Shown here piece after piece: positions 62,874 to 64,000 of a stretch of 64,000 nucleotides of DNA (the first letter of the stretch is position 1; each line of letters opens with the position of its first letter). This DNA comes from Mobula hypostoma. Lineage: Eukaryota. The stretch covers positions 14,570,001 to 14,634,000 of the forward strand of contig NC_086097.1 of the NCBI RefSeq assembly GCF_963921235.1, in the 5' to 3' direction. A program made the position numbers and the translations under genes. The notes under the pieces were generated by a model. It did no database searches. It had not been told where the DNA came from and was given only the letters and a program-made list of their open reading frames with translations.

Positions 62874-64000
62874 CTGTTTCGTGTGGGACCAGACAGAGAG
62901 AATGGGGAAGAAAGGAGAGCCATCTTTTAGATAAAGTCACCTCACAACTCGGCCCATTAACATAATAGGAAAACATAAAACCCAATGATATAACCCATAA
63001 TTATTATAAATAATTATAATATTCACACATGTTGCATACTATACTGTTAATGTAGTTTGTGTATCTCTCTTCATTTATGAAAGAATGCAATTCTATTAAA
63101 CAATAAATTTATTTGAATGTCACAAGCAGATTATATTTCTGCCTGTGCAGATGAGGCATAGCAATTTTGAATCTATGTGGGGAAAACTATTCTAATGTAA
63201 CATATGTTTATATAGATATAACCCAGACTTAATAAAGAATTTTTACTAGTGTGTATCACTATGAATGTGTAATATAAAGAAAATATGCTTTATGCATTTG
63301 CATAGATAAATTATTTTCGATTACGCCAAAAAATTGGCACAACCACCACATCAGCTGCTGATACATCCCAGCCAAACAGAAGATTTAAAAATATATGTAT
63401 TTTATTTGAAATCCTGCGGGACTGCTAGGCTGGGAGAGGCACAAGGCAGGAGGCGTCCCCTTTTCCTTGCCTTTATCTGCACTTTACAGTCGGCAATCTG
63501 AGTGAAGGGTTGTGCAGATATTTTTCTTATTGCTGGATGATCTATGCTTCAGCGGAAATCCGCCACAAACAAAGCCTGAAGTGCAAAGGCCTGATCTCGA
63601 ACAATGTCGCTGAATAATCATAAATCTGGATAATATGCCGCCCCAGCTTCCTGCCTAATTCAGTGTCATTTTATGCCCCAATTTGGGTTCACTCCTCTTG
63701 TTTGTTAATTTACACAGCCCGTGATGATTGGCTGGGCAATTATTCTTTGGGAGGGGAAGCAGGTAGGAGGGGGAGGTCAGGCATGTACATCACTACCCTC
63801 CCCAATTTGCTTCAGGACTATGTGTAGATTCACAGACAGCCAACAGGCTGTAACTCCTCAAGTGCAGAGGAGGGGACGGCTGCCGAAATATCGATCCAGT
63901 CTAAGATTCTCTCAATTCCACATAAGAGGGCAAAGGATGCCATTTTTAACAGGGAAAGCGTCACAAGTGCTGGCGTGCAAGACCCTTTCGTGGAACTGCT

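Noticed and set aside
62509..62985. 158-aa ORF as a complete single-exon protein
   Set aside because: Only 62535-62873 matches BCL11B; the flanks are read-through of intron sequence beyond the splice sites.

Overview
Eukaryotic, repeat-rich vertebrate genomic DNA. The repeat content (V-SINE/HE1-like, CR1/HER1-like, Rex1/Babar-like, Penelope-like) suggests a cartilaginous fish, probably a ray; this is an inference. The only host coding sequence I can support is one minus-strand exon at 62535-62873, matching coding exon 2 of BCL11B (C2HC zinc finger). Everything to its left (1-62534) is therefore probably BCL11B intron, because no C2H2 zinc-finger terminal exon is present. The intron holds many mobile-element fragments, several repeat-free AT-rich blocks that look like enhancers, and a candidate frame-preserving 45-nt cassette exon at 30659-30703. 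The most striking non-coding signal is a dispersed family of Penelope-derived short elements carrying a minimal type I hammerhead ribozyme motif (cagtc-CTGANGA-stem II-GAAA-CG-TH-gactg), often between long inverted arms. Intact catalytic cores were seen only on the strand antisense to BCL11B. Repeat boundaries were read by eye and are approximate; family names come from recalled consensus features, not database searches.
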